Below, one piece after another: positions 20,300-30,999 of a stretch of DNA of 64,000 nt; the first letter of the stretch is position 1, and each line of letters starts with the position of its first letter. The stretch comes from a virus (lineage: Duplodnaviria; Caudoviricetes), in the IMG/VR virus record IMGVR_UViG_3300044726_000026, positions 464 to 64,463 of that record; one strand, written 5' to 3'. The notes beneath the pieces were generated by a model. It was not told the DNA's origin and did no database searches. It saw nothing but the letters and a program-made list of their open reading frames with translations. The position numbers were made by a program, and so were the translations under genes.

Positions 20300-21436
20300 A
20301 TGCGTAACAAGCTGTTCGCGCCCGCCTCTTTCGTCCCTCGCGTTGCGGCGGGAGATATCGGGCTTTACTCCGCAGTCACACTGCTCGACGTTCTCTTCAG
20401 TCCGGAGAACGCACCGGAACTCAATCAGTTCTGGATGAAATTCTTCCCCCGGTCGATCAACTTCACGACCGAGAAGATCATGTTCGATGAGATCGACAAC
20501 AACGAATACCGGCTCGCGCCGTTCGTTGCTCCGAACGTGCAAGGTCGAGTGATCGCGGCGAAGGGCTTCACCACCCGGTCGTTCCGTCCTGCTTACGTCA
20601 AGCCGAAGCACGTCATTGACCCGGCTCGTACGATCCCCCGTCGTGCCGGTGAAATGTCCACCATGGTCGGTGGCGGCATGTCGCTTCAGCAGAAGTTCGA
20701 CCTCATCATGGCCGACAATCTGCGGCGCGAACGTGCCATGATCGAAAACCGGTGGGACTGGATGGCGTGCAAGGCCATCGTGGACGGCAAGGTCACGGTG
20801 TCCGGTGAAGACTATCCGACGACCACGGTGGACTTCGGGCGTGATCCGGCGCTCACCACGACGCTGACCGGGGCCGCGCTCTGGACGGCATCGACCGCTA
20901 CACCAATGGCCGACATTCAGGCCAAGCGTACTCTCGCCTTCAAGCTGTCTCGCGCTCCGGTTAACACGCTGATCTTTGGTATCGACGCCTGGACAGCGTT
21001 CGTGCAGGAAGACCACCCCGACGTTCAGACGTTGCTCAACGTCCTGCGTCGCGGCGGCGAGTCCGTGTTCAACGCTCCGAACATCAGCGATGGCTCGCCC
21101 TACAACTACCAGGGCTTTATCTCCGGTGCGAACACCGGGCGGCTGGAACTCTGGACGTATTCGAACTACTACGAGAGCGACGGCACGGACGGCAACGCGG
21201 CTGGCATGGGGATCAACTATCTCGATCCGTCGTACGTCGTGGGTGTCGGCGGCGCGATCAATGGCGTTGCTTGTTACGGCGCGATCATGGATCGTCGGGC
21301 GCAGCTTCAGCCGCTTTCGATGTTCCCGAAGGTGTGGGACGAGGAAGATCCGAGTGTCACCTACTCCATGACCCAATCGGCTCCGCTCATGGTGCCTATC
21401 CGTCCGAACAACACGTTCCGTCTGAAGGTGGTTTGA
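20300..21436 (+). CDS. major capsid protein, lambda gpE family
   Basis: LAPFVAP, FRPAYVKPK, VDFGRD, MTQSAPL. Confidence 0.93.
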   Translation: MRNKLFAPASFVPRVAAGDIGLYSAVTLLDVLFSPENAPELNQFWMKFFPRSINFTTEKIMFDEIDNNEYRLAPFVAPNVQGRVIAAKGFTTRSFRPAYVKPKHVIDPARTIPRRAGEMSTMVGGGMSLQQKFDLIMADNLRRERAMIENRWDWMACKAIVDGKVTVSGEDYPTTTVDFGRDPALTTTLTGAALWTASTATPMADIQAKRTLAFKLSRAPVNTLIFGIDAWTAFVQEDHPDVQTLLNVLRRGGESVFNAPNISDGSPYNYQGFISGANTGRLELWTYSNYYESDGTDGNAAGMGINYLDPSYVVGVGGAINGVACYGAIMDRRAQLQPLSMFPKVWDEEDPSVTYSMTQSAPLMVPIRPNNTFRLKVV

Positions 21437-21487
21437 GTTAACCGGGAGACGCGATAGCATCGCGTCTTACCGCATGGAGTTTCGTCA

Positions 21488-21880
21488 ATGCCCCGTTTAA
21501 TCCCGATGACTTCTATCGGTGTCAGTCGAAAGGTGGGTAGTCGTTCGCAAACCGTCTTCCCACCAATTGGCGAGCTGTTTGAGTTCACCGACGAAGAAGC
21601 CAGACAAGCTCGTGCTGAAAATCCGGAGAGTTTGCGGAAGCCGATCAACGAGACGGTCAAGGCCAAAGAACCGGAGCCGGTGGAAGTAACTTCCGAGGAC
21701 GACGAAGAGGTCGAGGACGAGGGTGTGGTGACGCTGGAAGAGGAAGAGATTGCTCCTGCCAGATCGCCACAGCGCATGACGCCGCAGCAGCGGCAGCGTG
21801 AGGCCCAGGCCCAGCGTGCCAACGCACAAGCGGCGCGTCGTCCTGGCGTTCGTCGTACCAACATGGACGACGATCTGTGA
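21488..21880 (+). CDS. hypothetical protein (gpFI-like position)
   Basis: Synteny after MCP; GGAG RBS. Confidence 0.65.
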   Translation: MPRLIPMTSIGVSRKVGSRSQTVFPPIGELFEFTDEEARQARAENPESLRKPINETVKAKEPEPVEVTSEDDEEVEDEGVVTLEEEEIAPARSPQRMTPQQRQREAQAQRANAQAARRPGVRRTNMDDDL

Positions 21881-22296
21881 GTTTCCTCGATATCAAAGCC
21901 AGAACGCGAAGGACGGTTCATGCCAACTTCGCGGTTCCATGCACTCTGACCACGGGGGAAGGGTCGTTTCCGGTGACGGCTCGCCTCCACGGTAAACAGA
22001 TGGTCGGCGGCGATATGGAGTCCCAAGGCTATTCGATCGTACTTGAAGGCGTCTTTCGCGTGGTGTTCAATCGGGAAGAACTGGCTCTGTCGTTGCTTCG
22101 TCCTGTTCGTGGGGATCGGGTTGTCTTTGCCAACTACATTGGTTCCGGTCAGGACATGGCGATTGAACTGGACGCTCGTGACGACTATGACGGGCCGATA
22201 GATGAGAAGTGGTCCGTGGCGTCATTCAGTTCTGTAGTGGTGGCTGACGCTACCATGATGGGCGGCGCGGGAACGATGGAAGTGGTGTCGGAATGA
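21877..22296 (+). CDS. head-tail connector (gpFII-like)
   Basis: Synteny; F.DIKARTRRTVHANFAVP N-terminus. Confidence 0.65.
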   Translation: MSFLDIKARTRRTVHANFAVPCTLTTGEGSFPVTARLHGKQMVGGDMESQGYSIVLEGVFRVVFNREELALSLLRPVRGDRVVFANYIGSGQDMAIELDARDDYDGPIDEKWSVASFSSVVVADATMMGGAGTMEVVSE

Positions 22297-22898
22297 GCGT
22301 GGACATCGACAGCAGTCAGGTGGAAGACCTCGAACACCTGTTCGAGAAATTCCCCCAGGTCGCACGTACCGCGATGAGCATCGCGCTCAACGAGACGGCG
22401 CGTGGTCCCGCCTTGAAGGCCGCGAAGCGCAACATCATGGCGCAGATCAATTTCCCCGAGGGCTATCTGGATACCCGCGTGCAGTTCAAGCAAGCCGCCA
22501 CGCCCTATAAACTGGAAGCCCGTATCGTGGGCCGGGATCGGCCAACCTCCCTGGCACGGTTCACCCAGCCGGGGACACCGGTCGGACGGCAAGCAGTCGC
22601 GAACCGGGGTCTGAACGTCATCGTCAAACGTGGCTCCCCACAGCGTATCCCGCAAGGCTTCTTGGTCAACCTCCGCAATTCTAACATCGGCCTCGCCATT
22701 CGGCTGAAGCCCGGTGAGAAGGTTCATGGCGTCCAGCGGTTCAACCCGGTGCGCCTGTTCCCCAACGTCTACCTCTTGTATGGCCCTTCGGTGGATCAGG
22801 TCTTGACCGACGTGGGCGATCAGATCGCCGAGGAAGTAACTTCCGACATCGCGGAAGAGTTCAATCGGCAGTTCGCCCGTCTTAGTGGACTAGGCTGA
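22293..22898 (+). CDS. tail completion protein (gpZ-like)
   Basis: A.SIALN, LYGPSVDQV, EFNRQF. Confidence 0.75.
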   Translation: MSVDIDSSQVEDLEHLFEKFPQVARTAMSIALNETARGPALKAAKRNIMAQINFPEGYLDTRVQFKQAATPYKLEARIVGRDRPTSLARFTQPGTPVGRQAVANRGLNVIVKRGSPQRIPQGFLVNLRNSNIGLAIRLKPGEKVHGVQRFNPVRLFPNVYLLYGPSVDQVLTDVGDQIAEEVTSDIAEEFNRQFARLSGLG

Positions 22899-23401
22899 TG
22901 GCACTCGGGGGCGACACCAAGCAATTCATCATCCTGAAACGCCTTACGGCGTTGCTTGAAGGCGTCACCCCGGCCAACGGGTATGATTTCGATCTGGTCG
23001 GCAAGGTCTTTCGCGGCAAGCTGGTGTTCGGGGCGCAGGAAGCCACACCGTTCGTCTCGATTGTCGAATTTCCGCGGCCCGATACCGCACCGATAGAAGG
23101 AGGGGCAGAAAGACTGAGGCGTCTTGAAGAATGGGAACTTCAGGTGCAGGGATGGACGAAGACAGTTCAGGCCAACCCGACTGACGAACTCTATGGCTTG
23201 AAGGGGGCTATCGAACACCGGCTTGCACGGATCATGGACCCGGAGAGTGATGACTACAGGCTCGGTCGGATCATTGATCGTGCGCGTATCGGCCCCGGTG
23301 TGGTGCGGGCAGCTACTCCACAAACGGCGGGAACCGAAGCCCTATACCTCCCGCTGATTATCCACTATACTCACAATGTCGCGGACCCTTGGGCAGTCTG
23401 A
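22898..23401 (+). CDS. tail terminator (gpU-like)
   Basis: I..RL..LL.GVTPANGY.FDL; precedes the major tail gene. Confidence 0.7.
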   Translation: MALGGDTKQFIILKRLTALLEGVTPANGYDFDLVGKVFRGKLVFGAQEATPFVSIVEFPRPDTAPIEGGAERLRRLEEWELQVQGWTKTVQANPTDELYGLKGAIEHRLARIMDPESDDYRLGRIIDRARIGPGVVRAATPQTAGTEALYLPLIIHYTHNVADPWAV

Positions 23402-23432
23402 GAACAATTCTCTAACGTGAAAGGTGATAGAC

Positions 23433-24326
23433 ATGGCCGACAATCTTGTTCTGGGTCGCGGCAAAGTATTCTTCCAACCGTACCCCAAAGGCACCACGAC
23501 TGGTGGAACGAAGGGGTACCTTGGCGCGACGCCATCGTTCGCGCTGGCGCAGTCCAACACCAAGCTGGATCACTTCAGCGCGGAAGGTGGACTGAAGGTG
23601 AAGGATCGTTCTGTCGTGTTGACGCAGGACATGACGATCACCCTGGAAGTCGATAACATTATGATGGCCAATCTGGCGCTGTGGTTCGGCGGCACCGATA
23701 CCGGTGACATGCCGCCCGACGCGCCGGGTGATCTCGGCACCATCGCGGTGATCGGTAGGGCCGATACCATCTTCGGCGCGTTGTTCTTCGAGGCCGACAA
23801 CGCCGAGGGCGAGAACGTCAACTACTGGTTCCCGTACACCAACATGACCCCCAACGGCACCTTCGCTCTGAAGGGCGATACGTGGCAGGTTATGTCGTTC
23901 ACCATCGAGGCTCTGAAGCGCGACAGCGCCACCGAGCGCGTCTATCTCTACACGCCAGACCCAGGCACGAGCGCAGCCGACGACGACACGCCTCTGCTGA
24001 CCATGGACGACGTTGCGGTAATCGGAGATGCCAGCGGCGGCGGCAGCGGCGGTACTCCGGCGACCGGCGGCACCGTGGCGGCTCCTGCTACGGCGACCAA
24101 TTTCGTGGCCTTCTACGTCAACTACACTCTGACCGGCGGCACGTCTGGCAACATCCAGTTGCACAACGGCACGTCGAACTACGGTGCGGTCTTCCGGGCG
24201 ACCGGTGCATCAGGATCGGTCGGCCCGATCATCGTCGCGACCGATGGAAGCTACACCGCGAAACTCTACGCTGGTGCCACGACCGGTACGGCATTGGCGA
24301 CTTCGGCGGCTATCGTCGTCACATAA
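23433..24326 (+). CDS. major tail tube protein with C-terminal accessory domain
   Basis: NLVLGRGKVFF, YLGATP.F, P.G.FALKGD.W. Confidence 0.85.
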   Translation: MADNLVLGRGKVFFQPYPKGTTTGGTKGYLGATPSFALAQSNTKLDHFSAEGGLKVKDRSVVLTQDMTITLEVDNIMMANLALWFGGTDTGDMPPDAPGDLGTIAVIGRADTIFGALFFEADNAEGENVNYWFPYTNMTPNGTFALKGDTWQVMSFTIEALKRDSATERVYLYTPDPGTSAADDDTPLLTMDDVAVIGDASGGGSGGTPATGGTVAAPATATNFVAFYVNYTLTGGTSGNIQLHNGTSNYGAVFRATGASGSVGPIIVATDGSYTAKLYAGATTGTALATSAAIVVT

Positions 24327-24402
24327 TAAACCGTCTCAGGGACTTCACGTTGGGGGCGGGGCCGCGAGGTTCCGCCCTCTTGGTATCAGACAGGAGGACA
24401 CA

Positions 24403-24858
24403 ATGGCTCTCGCTGATTACGTCGTGCAGAAGCGCGACGTTAAGGACTTCAACGGCAAGGTACTCGCTACCGTACGCGGTTTGAATTTCGAGGACATCTC
24501 GCAACTGGTGCGGAACCATTTGCCGGAACTGACTATGGTGTTTCAGGGGGCCTCCCCCAGCGGGAAGTTACTTCCAGACGATCTGGACATCAACTCCCTG
24601 CTGTTCAGCCTCGTCGTCAAGGCTCCCAACACGGCGGGCAAGATGCTGGCTCTCGGATGCGACGAACCGGACGAAGTTGAGAAGGCGAAGTTACTTCCGG
24701 CTCCGCTGCAACTGAAGATACTCGGCGATATCGTCAGCCTCACATTCGAGGATGTCGGTGGCCCTTTGGCGTTTCTGGAAATGGTAAAGATAGCAGTAGC
24801 TTCTCAACGGCAAGCATCGGTCGAAGTGCAGGCAAGTTCGATGCCAAGGATGCAATAG
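24403..24858 (+). CDS. tail assembly chaperone (gpG-like)
   Basis: CAGGAGG RBS; VRGLNFEDI; between tail tube and tape measure genes. Confidence 0.8.
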   Translation: MALADYVVQKRDVKDFNGKVLATVRGLNFEDISQLVRNHLPELTMVFQGASPSGKLLPDDLDINSLLFSLVVKAPNTAGKMLALGCDEPDEVEKAKLLPAPLQLKILGDIVSLTFEDVGGPLAFLEMVKIAVASQRQASVEVQASSMPRMQ

Positions 24859-25088
24859 TCTCGTGGTATCGTAGTCTCCGCGAGTGCATCGGCTTACTGC
24901 TTTCCGAAGGCCACGTCGGCGCTACACAGTATCCTATCGCCTATCTCTGGAATGAGGTAAGATTTACCAGGGAACGCCTGAACTCCATTATGACCTCTGA
25001 AGCCGTCATAATGAAAGCGACGATTAGTCAGGCGGTGTGGGGCGGTAAGGAACTGCGAGAACTGTTGGAGAAGTTGAATGGCGACTGA
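24762..25088 (+). CDS. gpT-like extension reached by -1 frameshift at C-CCT-TTG
   Basis: The -1 frame is open from the heptamer at 24762-24768 to TGA at 25086-25088 (...SWYRSLRECIGLLLSEGH...). Confidence 0.65.
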   Translation, partial: PFGVSGNGKDSSSFSTASIGRSAGKFDAKDAIVSWYRSLRECIGLLLSEGHVGATQYPIAYLWNEVRFTRERLNSIMTSEAVIMKATISQAVWGGKELRELLEKLNGD

Positions 25089-28000
25089 ACGCACCACCGA
25101 CATTGTTCTTCGGGCACAAGTCGATAAGGCTCTCCAGCCGCTCGATCAGGTTCTACAGCGGGTCAAACAACTCACGACCGTACTCGACCAGCAGCGTGAT
25201 GCCGCCAAGACCGGCGACACCACGCTGGGCGAGTACGCGAAGGCGCTCCGCGACGTTGAGAACGCGGCCAAGGATCTGTTGCGCGCTCGTGTCGCTCTGA
25301 ACTCGTATCAAGACAAGCAGGAGACGCTTGCGGCGAAGCAGCAAGCGGTCGCCACGGCACGTCAGGCCCGTGACACCTTCGCGCAACAGATGCCCGCCGA
25401 GCCTACCAAGGCCCAGGAGCGCCAACTGGGTTCGCTGGAAAAGGCGTTGCAGCGGTCGGAGGCTCAGGCCAACACCGCGTCGAGGGCGTTCGAGAAAGCC
25501 GCCGCCGAAATGGAGCGGATGCAGATCGCCGTCGATAAGCTGGATCAGACGCACCAGCAGATCACGCTGTTCCGCGACATGGCGAGCGATGCCCTCCTGG
25601 CCGGCAACGCGGTCAACGACACCCTGATCGCCACCCTGAAGGTCGCCCGTGCCGAGAAGGAAGCCAACGCCCAACGGATCGCGGATCGTGAGAAGTTACT
25701 TCAGGCGATAGCCAAGACCAACGCCGGTCTGCGGGCCGAGGCCGAAGCCGCGATTGCGGCGGGGGCGAAGGACGAAGAGAACAAACAGCGCACGATGGCC
25801 CGCGTCAACGCCGGTCTGACCGATCTCGGCGCGAAACAACAGGCGGCTGACGCGGTGGAAGCCGCGAAGGTGCAGGAAGCCGCCGACAAGAAGCGCACGA
25901 CCGATGCCGAGGCCGCGCAGAACAAGGCGCGCATGATCGCCCAGGCTAACGCGGGCTTCGCGCGTATGGAAGCCCAGGAACGGGAGCGGGCGGCACAGGT
26001 CGAGGCGACCTTGCAGGAAGCCGCCGACAAGCGGCGGGTGGCGGCGCTCCAAGAGGAAGAGAACAAAGCTAGAACATTACGCAGGGCTAACGTCGGCTTC
26101 ATCCAGATGGAGACGAAGGCTCGTGAAGATGCCATCGCGCAGGAGATGGCGCTACAGGAAGCCGCCGACAAGAAGCGGGTAGCTGACGCGGAAGCCGCCG
26201 CCAAGGCGGAAGGGCGGGCCGAGAAAGAGCGCGCCGATCTGATCCAGGCGGTACGCAATGCCGAGACAGCGGCTATGCGCGACGACCACAAGGCCGCGCT
26301 GGCCGCGCAAGAGGCGCTGGCCAAGCAGCGCAAGAAAGACGCCGATGAGTTCCAGGCCACACAGGCGCGTCTGCGCGAGGGCGTGGCGGCGGTATGGGCC
26401 GAGGAAGCGGCGGAAGCCGAGAAGGCCCGCCTTGGCGTCGAAGCCTTCGCGGCATCGGCTGCGGCGGCTCTGGCGCGGGTCCGCGAAGGGATGGCCCACG
26501 CGGCGACCCAGGCGGGGGCTGTAGGCGCTCCTGTGACCCCGCCCGCTACCCCACTAGCGGAGAGCGTCCGCACGGCTCTGGGGACGGCTCCAGGGGCCGC
26601 AGCGGGCGGGGGCACTTTAGGCGGTTTGCAATCGGAGATTGCGGCGGTCACGGCGGCGGTTACTGCCGGGACCGGAGCGGTCACGCACTACGCGGATGAG
26701 TTGAAACGCCTCGACGCGATCTCACAAGAAATTGTTCGTCAGTCTAAAATTATAGACTCGTTCCAGAAACAGAAGGAAGCTGCTCGGGCCGCGCTCACCG
26801 CGTTCCACGATCTGGCGACAGAGATCAAGGCGCTTGAAGGTCAGGCTGCACGGGCGTCCACGCCGGAAGAGGTCGCGGAAGTTACTTCCAGAATTAACGC
26901 GGCTCGACGCCGCCTCGGATCGGTGGAGGAAGGCACCGGACTTGCTTCCAAGGCTCGGGAAGAGATCGAAGCGTTCACCAGGGAAGAGGCGGCGCTAAAT
27001 AAAATCGGTGTCGCCGCGCACAACGTCACGACCGCGATGCGTGAACTGACGGCGGTCGCCGTGTCCACGTCGGCGGAACGCCAGACGGTCATGGCGCATG
27101 AGAAGGCCAATCTCGACGCCAGCGTTGATGATATTCTACGACGGACAGCGGCTCTCAGCACTATCAGAATGGCTCCACCGCCCGTCACGGCGACAAGTCA
27201 GGTGATGGATGTCGCCGGTCCCGGTCGAGGTCGCGCGCCGATTGACGACGTGACGGCTGCGACCGACAAGCTGACCGCATCTCTCGGCAAGGGTCGGCTC
27301 ACGGCGCAGACTTACAACAAGACGATGGACGAACTGTTTGCCATCCAACACCAAATCGCATCCGACGCTTCGCTGATCGACCAATTCACCAAACAGAATG
27401 ACTCTCTCATCAAAGCCAACGCCGAGTTCGTAAAGGCGGAAGCCGAAGTCAAGCGGCTGGCTGCGGCTGTTAAGGGCGGCACGGCCAGCCTGAACGAACT
27501 GCAAGCGGCTGAAAGCAAGGCGGCTTCCACTTTCGCTGAATTGCAGAAACAGGCCACCGCGCACGCGGCCATTAACGCGCAGTTGACGAAGCGTCGGATC
27601 GACACGGCAGACCTGACCAATGAAACGAACAAACTGGTAGCGGCATCGACCCGGCTCGCCGCGGTACAGAACTCGGTGCAGCAGTCCAGCGGCAAGATAT
27701 TCGGGCTGTCGTCCTACCAGTTCCAGAACCTACAGTTTCAGGTCAACGACGTTATCACGCAGTTGTCCTTGGGGCAGGGGCTTCTGCGGACATTCGAGTC
27801 ACAGGCCGGTCAGATATTCCAAATCTTCGATCTGTCGGCTGCGGCGCTGGGGCGGCTGGTACTCATCGGTGGGCCAGCCATTGCCGTGATCCTGGCCATC
27901 GCGGCTTCGCTGTTGCGCCTGAAGGAAGGCATCGACACCCAACGCGAGTTCAACCACCAGTTGGCGTTGATGGCGGACGGGGCTGCGTACTCGGGTTCGG

Positions 28001-30999
28001 CGTTGCTCAAGGTCGCCCGTGACCTTGAAGCAATGGGCGTCGCGTTCGCTGACGCGAAGGATGTCGTCAAGACGTTCGTTCGCGAGGGCTTGAACCCCGA
28101 CGCCATGCTGCGCTTCGGCAAGGCCGCGCGTGACCTCGCGGACGTGACCGGCATAGAGTTCAAGGACGCCTTCAAGCAGATCACCGTCATCGCGACCGGT
28201 ACGCTCGATAGCATTATGAAGCTGAACGAGCAGTACAACTTCCTGCACGACGCTGAAGCCAAGGCCATCGAAGACTCGTTCAAGTTCGGGAACGGTATCG
28301 AAGGCCGCGCCATCGCGATGCGGTCGCTGACGAACGCACTCGGCAACGCTACCAGGGAAGGCATTGATCCGTTCACGGAGTCCATGCGCGAACTGACCAA
28401 GGCGTGGCACGACTTCCTCGACGCCATCGCCAGTGTCGGGTTGTTCAATGCGATAGCGGCTTCGCTGCGTGGTGTCGCGGCGCTGGCCCGAGAGATCGCC
28501 GCCGATCTGCGGTACATCTTCGGGGACAATCGCGAACAGCAGACGAAACAATTGGATGCGCGTATCGCCGCGCTTACTGGTCAGTTGGAGCGGGTACAGG
28601 CGCTCATCAAGCAGCTTCGCGCGCAAGGTACGCCGGAAAGTGACGCGACGCTCAAACTGTTGACCGAGGAAGCGGTCACGCTACGCGAGAAGCTGGACGA
28701 GGCCCGCATCGCCAAATATAATTTGGCGCAACCGGTACCGGGTGCCGGCCTCACTCCCGGTGGTGCTGGATCACCCGGCGGGTCCATGCCAGCGGGCGGC
28801 GGGCCGTTACCTCCGCAGTTCGCCAACCTTCCGTCTCCCGACAGTCGGGTAAGCCGTGGGGTTCCCGCCGACATACAGACCATCATCTCAGCCGTCTCGG
28901 CTGTGACCAAGGTCAGCGAGAACACGCTGTCCGCGCTTTACCGGCTCGAAGCCTCACGCAACGCCGATCTGTCGTTCAACACCAGTGCGGCGGGAGCGCG
29001 CGGGCCGTTTCAGGTCATGCCAGGTACGTTCGATGAGATCGTGCGCGAGTTCCAAGGGTTGTTCGATCAACTGGCGACCACGCTCGGTAAGAAGGTCAGT
29101 ATCGACACGCCGGAGTTCAACGCACTGGCCGGTGCGCTCTATTTCAAGAAACAGGCCCAGACGTTCGGTAGCGAGGCGTTGGGTGCCGCCGCGTACAACA
29201 TGGGACCGGGATCGGAAGCGGCTGGCACCGGGCTGCGCGGCGTGCTGGCCGGTCGGAAGTCACTTCCAGGCGAGACGGCGCAATACGTCTCCAACTTCCT
29301 CGCGCCAAACCAGGGCACCGATGCGGGTATCTTCACGCAACCCGGCATGTCCAATCAGGACGCGATCAGGCAGCGCAAGGTTCTCGAAGACCTTATCCGC
29401 GAGCGCATCCAGCGGGTCAACGCGCAGCTACGCGGTGACGAACGCATCAAAGCCGATCAGGAACGGCTGACACAGTTCTACACCGACGAGCGCAAGAAAC
29501 TCATCGACTCGCTCGGCGGAAAGGAGCCGGGTCCGGAACTTGAGAAAGAGTTCAACGCGAAGATCGACGCCTTCGCCAAGCAGCTTGAACAACTGCGGCT
29601 GAAGGAGATCGAGGACGCCAACAAGGCGGCGCTGTCGATCCTGAAGTCCGCCCAGGATGCGGTGGACAAATCGAACAAGACCGATCCCGCCGCCCAAAGG
29701 CGCGTAGTGGATCGGGCCTATGACGAACAGCTTGCCGCGCTTGAAATCCAAATCCGTCAGGGTGCTACCGAGGTCGCCAAGCGGTCGCTTGAAGGCGCAC
29801 GCGACGCACTGCTGAAGGCCCGCGACGAAGCGCGTGAGAAAGCAACCATCGAAGCCGACCGGGCCATCGTTGACACCATCGTCAAGGCTCGCGACGAAGC
29901 CATCAAAAAAATACAGGAGGACTTCAGGAACGGTGCGATCACCGTTGTCGAGATGTACCGCAAGCTGGCCGAAATCACAGGGCTGTTCGCGCCCAAGATC
30001 AAGGAAGCCATAGAGCGGTCCAATGCCGACCTCGCGCGTCAGCCGCAGACCCCGGCCATTCAGGAGCAAGTACAGCGCAATGCCAAGATAGATCCCACGT
30101 CTACCGGTGCGGGGTTGACGGCGGATAAGGATGCTGCGGCTCGACGCGACGACCTCTTGAAGACACGCGCCGAGATAGAAAGAGCCAATCAGGAATTGGT
30201 CACGCAGGGGGCTATCTCACAGGCCGAAGCGAACCAGCGGATCGAGAAATCGTACGCGGATATCAAACCGCAGGTACTTGCGCTCAACGAAGTGCTGTTG
30301 CAGCAACTAGAAATTCAGAAAAGCCTCGGTAAGATAGCGCCCGAAACTTACGATCTGATGAAGGCCAAGATCGAGGAAACCACCGCTGCCGCGACCGGAC
30401 TGACCAAAGAACAGAAGAAGTTTCAGGATGCGGTTTCAGGCGTCATCGCGAATGCCGCCGTCAACGGTCTGAATAGCATAGCCGAGTCCATCGGCAAGGT
30501 GATCGCCGGTACGGAAAGCTGGGGCGATGCGCTGAAGGATGTCGGCATGGCGTTCGCCAAGTTCGCGGCTGACGTGCTGAAGGGCATTGCCGAGATCATC
30601 ATCAAGGAGCAAATTCTCGCACTCATCAAGCTGGCCTTCGCCGCAGCCCACGGTGGCGGTATCGTCGGGTCCACCGGCATGACGCGCTCGGGCATCAGTC
30701 CGCTGGTATTCCTTGGCGCACCGCGTATGCACAACGGCGGGTTGGCGGGCGACGAGGTTGCGACTATACTGAAACGCGGCGAAGAGGTTTTGCCGATGAC
30801 CGATCCGCGTCATCGGAACAACCTGATGAACGGCGGTTCCACGGAAGTTACTTCCGGTGGAACGAACATCAAGAACGTGTTGGTCATGGACCCCGCCGAT
30901 TTGAGCAAGGCGCTGGCGGGGGCGCATGGGGAGAAGGTCGTGCTGACGCACTTGAAGAACAACCCGTCTACCGTGCGTAGCATCATAGGAGCCTCTTGA
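25078..30999 (+). CDS. tape measure protein with embedded lytic transglycosylase (SLT-like) domain
   Basis: 1973 aa, Ala-rich coiled coil; LEAS...SAAGARGPFQVMPGT...AAAYNMGPG...ETAQYV. Confidence 0.92.
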   Translation: MATERTTDIVLRAQVDKALQPLDQVLQRVKQLTTVLDQQRDAAKTGDTTLGEYAKALRDVENAAKDLLRARVALNSYQDKQETLAAKQQAVATARQARDTFAQQMPAEPTKAQERQLGSLEKALQRSEAQANTASRAFEKAAAEMERMQIAVDKLDQTHQQITLFRDMASDALLAGNAVNDTLIATLKVARAEKEANAQRIADREKLLQAIAKTNAGLRAEAEAAIAAGAKDEENKQRTMARVNAGLTDLGAKQQAADAVEAAKVQEAADKKRTTDAEAAQNKARMIAQANAGFARMEAQERERAAQVEATLQEAADKRRVAALQEEENKARTLRRANVGFIQMETKAREDAIAQEMALQEAADKKRVADAEAAAKAEGRAEKERADLIQAVRNAETAAMRDDHKAALAAQEALAKQRKKDADEFQATQARLREGVAAVWAEEAAEAEKARLGVEAFAASAAAALARVREGMAHAATQAGAVGAPVTPPATPLAESVRTALGTAPGAAAGGGTLGGLQSEIAAVTAAVTAGTGAVTHYADELKRLDAISQEIVRQSKIIDSFQKQKEAARAALTAFHDLATEIKALEGQAARASTPEEVAEVTSRINAARRRLGSVEEGTGLASKAREEIEAFTREEAALNKIGVAAHNVTTAMRELTAVAVSTSAERQTVMAHEKANLDASVDDILRRTAALSTIRMAPPPVTATSQVMDVAGPGRGRAPIDDVTAATDKLTASLGKGRLTAQTYNKTMDELFAIQHQIASDASLIDQFTKQNDSLIKANAEFVKAEAEVKRLAAAVKGGTASLNELQAAESKAASTFAELQKQATAHAAINAQLTKRRIDTADLTNETNKLVAASTRLAAVQNSVQQSSGKIFGLSSYQFQNLQFQVNDVITQLSLGQGLLRTFESQAGQIFQIFDLSAAALGRLVLIGGPAIAVILAIAASLLRLKEGIDTQREFNHQLALMADGAAYSGSALLKVARDLEAMGVAFADAKDVVKTFVREGLNPDAMLRFGKAARDLADVTGIEFKDAFKQITVIATGTLDSIMKLNEQYNFLHDAEAKAIEDSFKFGNGIEGRAIAMRSLTNALGNATREGIDPFTESMRELTKAWHDFLDAIASVGLFNAIAASLRGVAALAREIAADLRYIFGDNREQQTKQLDARIAALTGQLERVQALIKQLRAQGTPESDATLKLLTEEAVTLREKLDEARIAKYNLAQPVPGAGLTPGGAGSPGGSMPAGGGPLPPQFANLPSPDSRVSRGVPADIQTIISAVSAVTKVSENTLSALYRLEASRNADLSFNTSAAGARGPFQVMPGTFDEIVREFQGLFDQLATTLGKKVSIDTPEFNALAGALYFKKQAQTFGSEALGAAAYNMGPGSEAAGTGLRGVLAGRKSLPGETAQYVSNFLAPNQGTDAGIFTQPGMSNQDAIRQRKVLEDLIRERIQRVNAQLRGDERIKADQERLTQFYTDERKKLIDSLGGKEPGPELEKEFNAKIDAFAKQLEQLRLKEIEDANKAALSILKSAQDAVDKSNKTDPAAQRRVVDRAYDEQLAALEIQIRQGATEVAKRSLEGARDALLKARDEAREKATIEADRAIVDTIVKARDEAIKKIQEDFRNGAITVVEMYRKLAEITGLFAPKIKEAIERSNADLARQPQTPAIQEQVQRNAKIDPTSTGAGLTADKDAAARRDDLLKTRAEIERANQELVTQGAISQAEANQRIEKSYADIKPQVLALNEVLLQQLEIQKSLGKIAPETYDLMKAKIEETTAAATGLTKEQKKFQDAVSGVIANAAVNGLNSIAESIGKVIAGTESWGDALKDVGMAFAKFAADVLKGIAEIIIKEQILALIKLAFAAAHGGGIVGSTGMTRSGISPLVFLGAPRMHNGGLAGDEVATILKRGEEVLPMTDPRHRNNLMNGGSTEVTSGGTNIKNVLVMDPADLSKALAGAHGEKVVLTHLKNNPSTVRSIIGAS

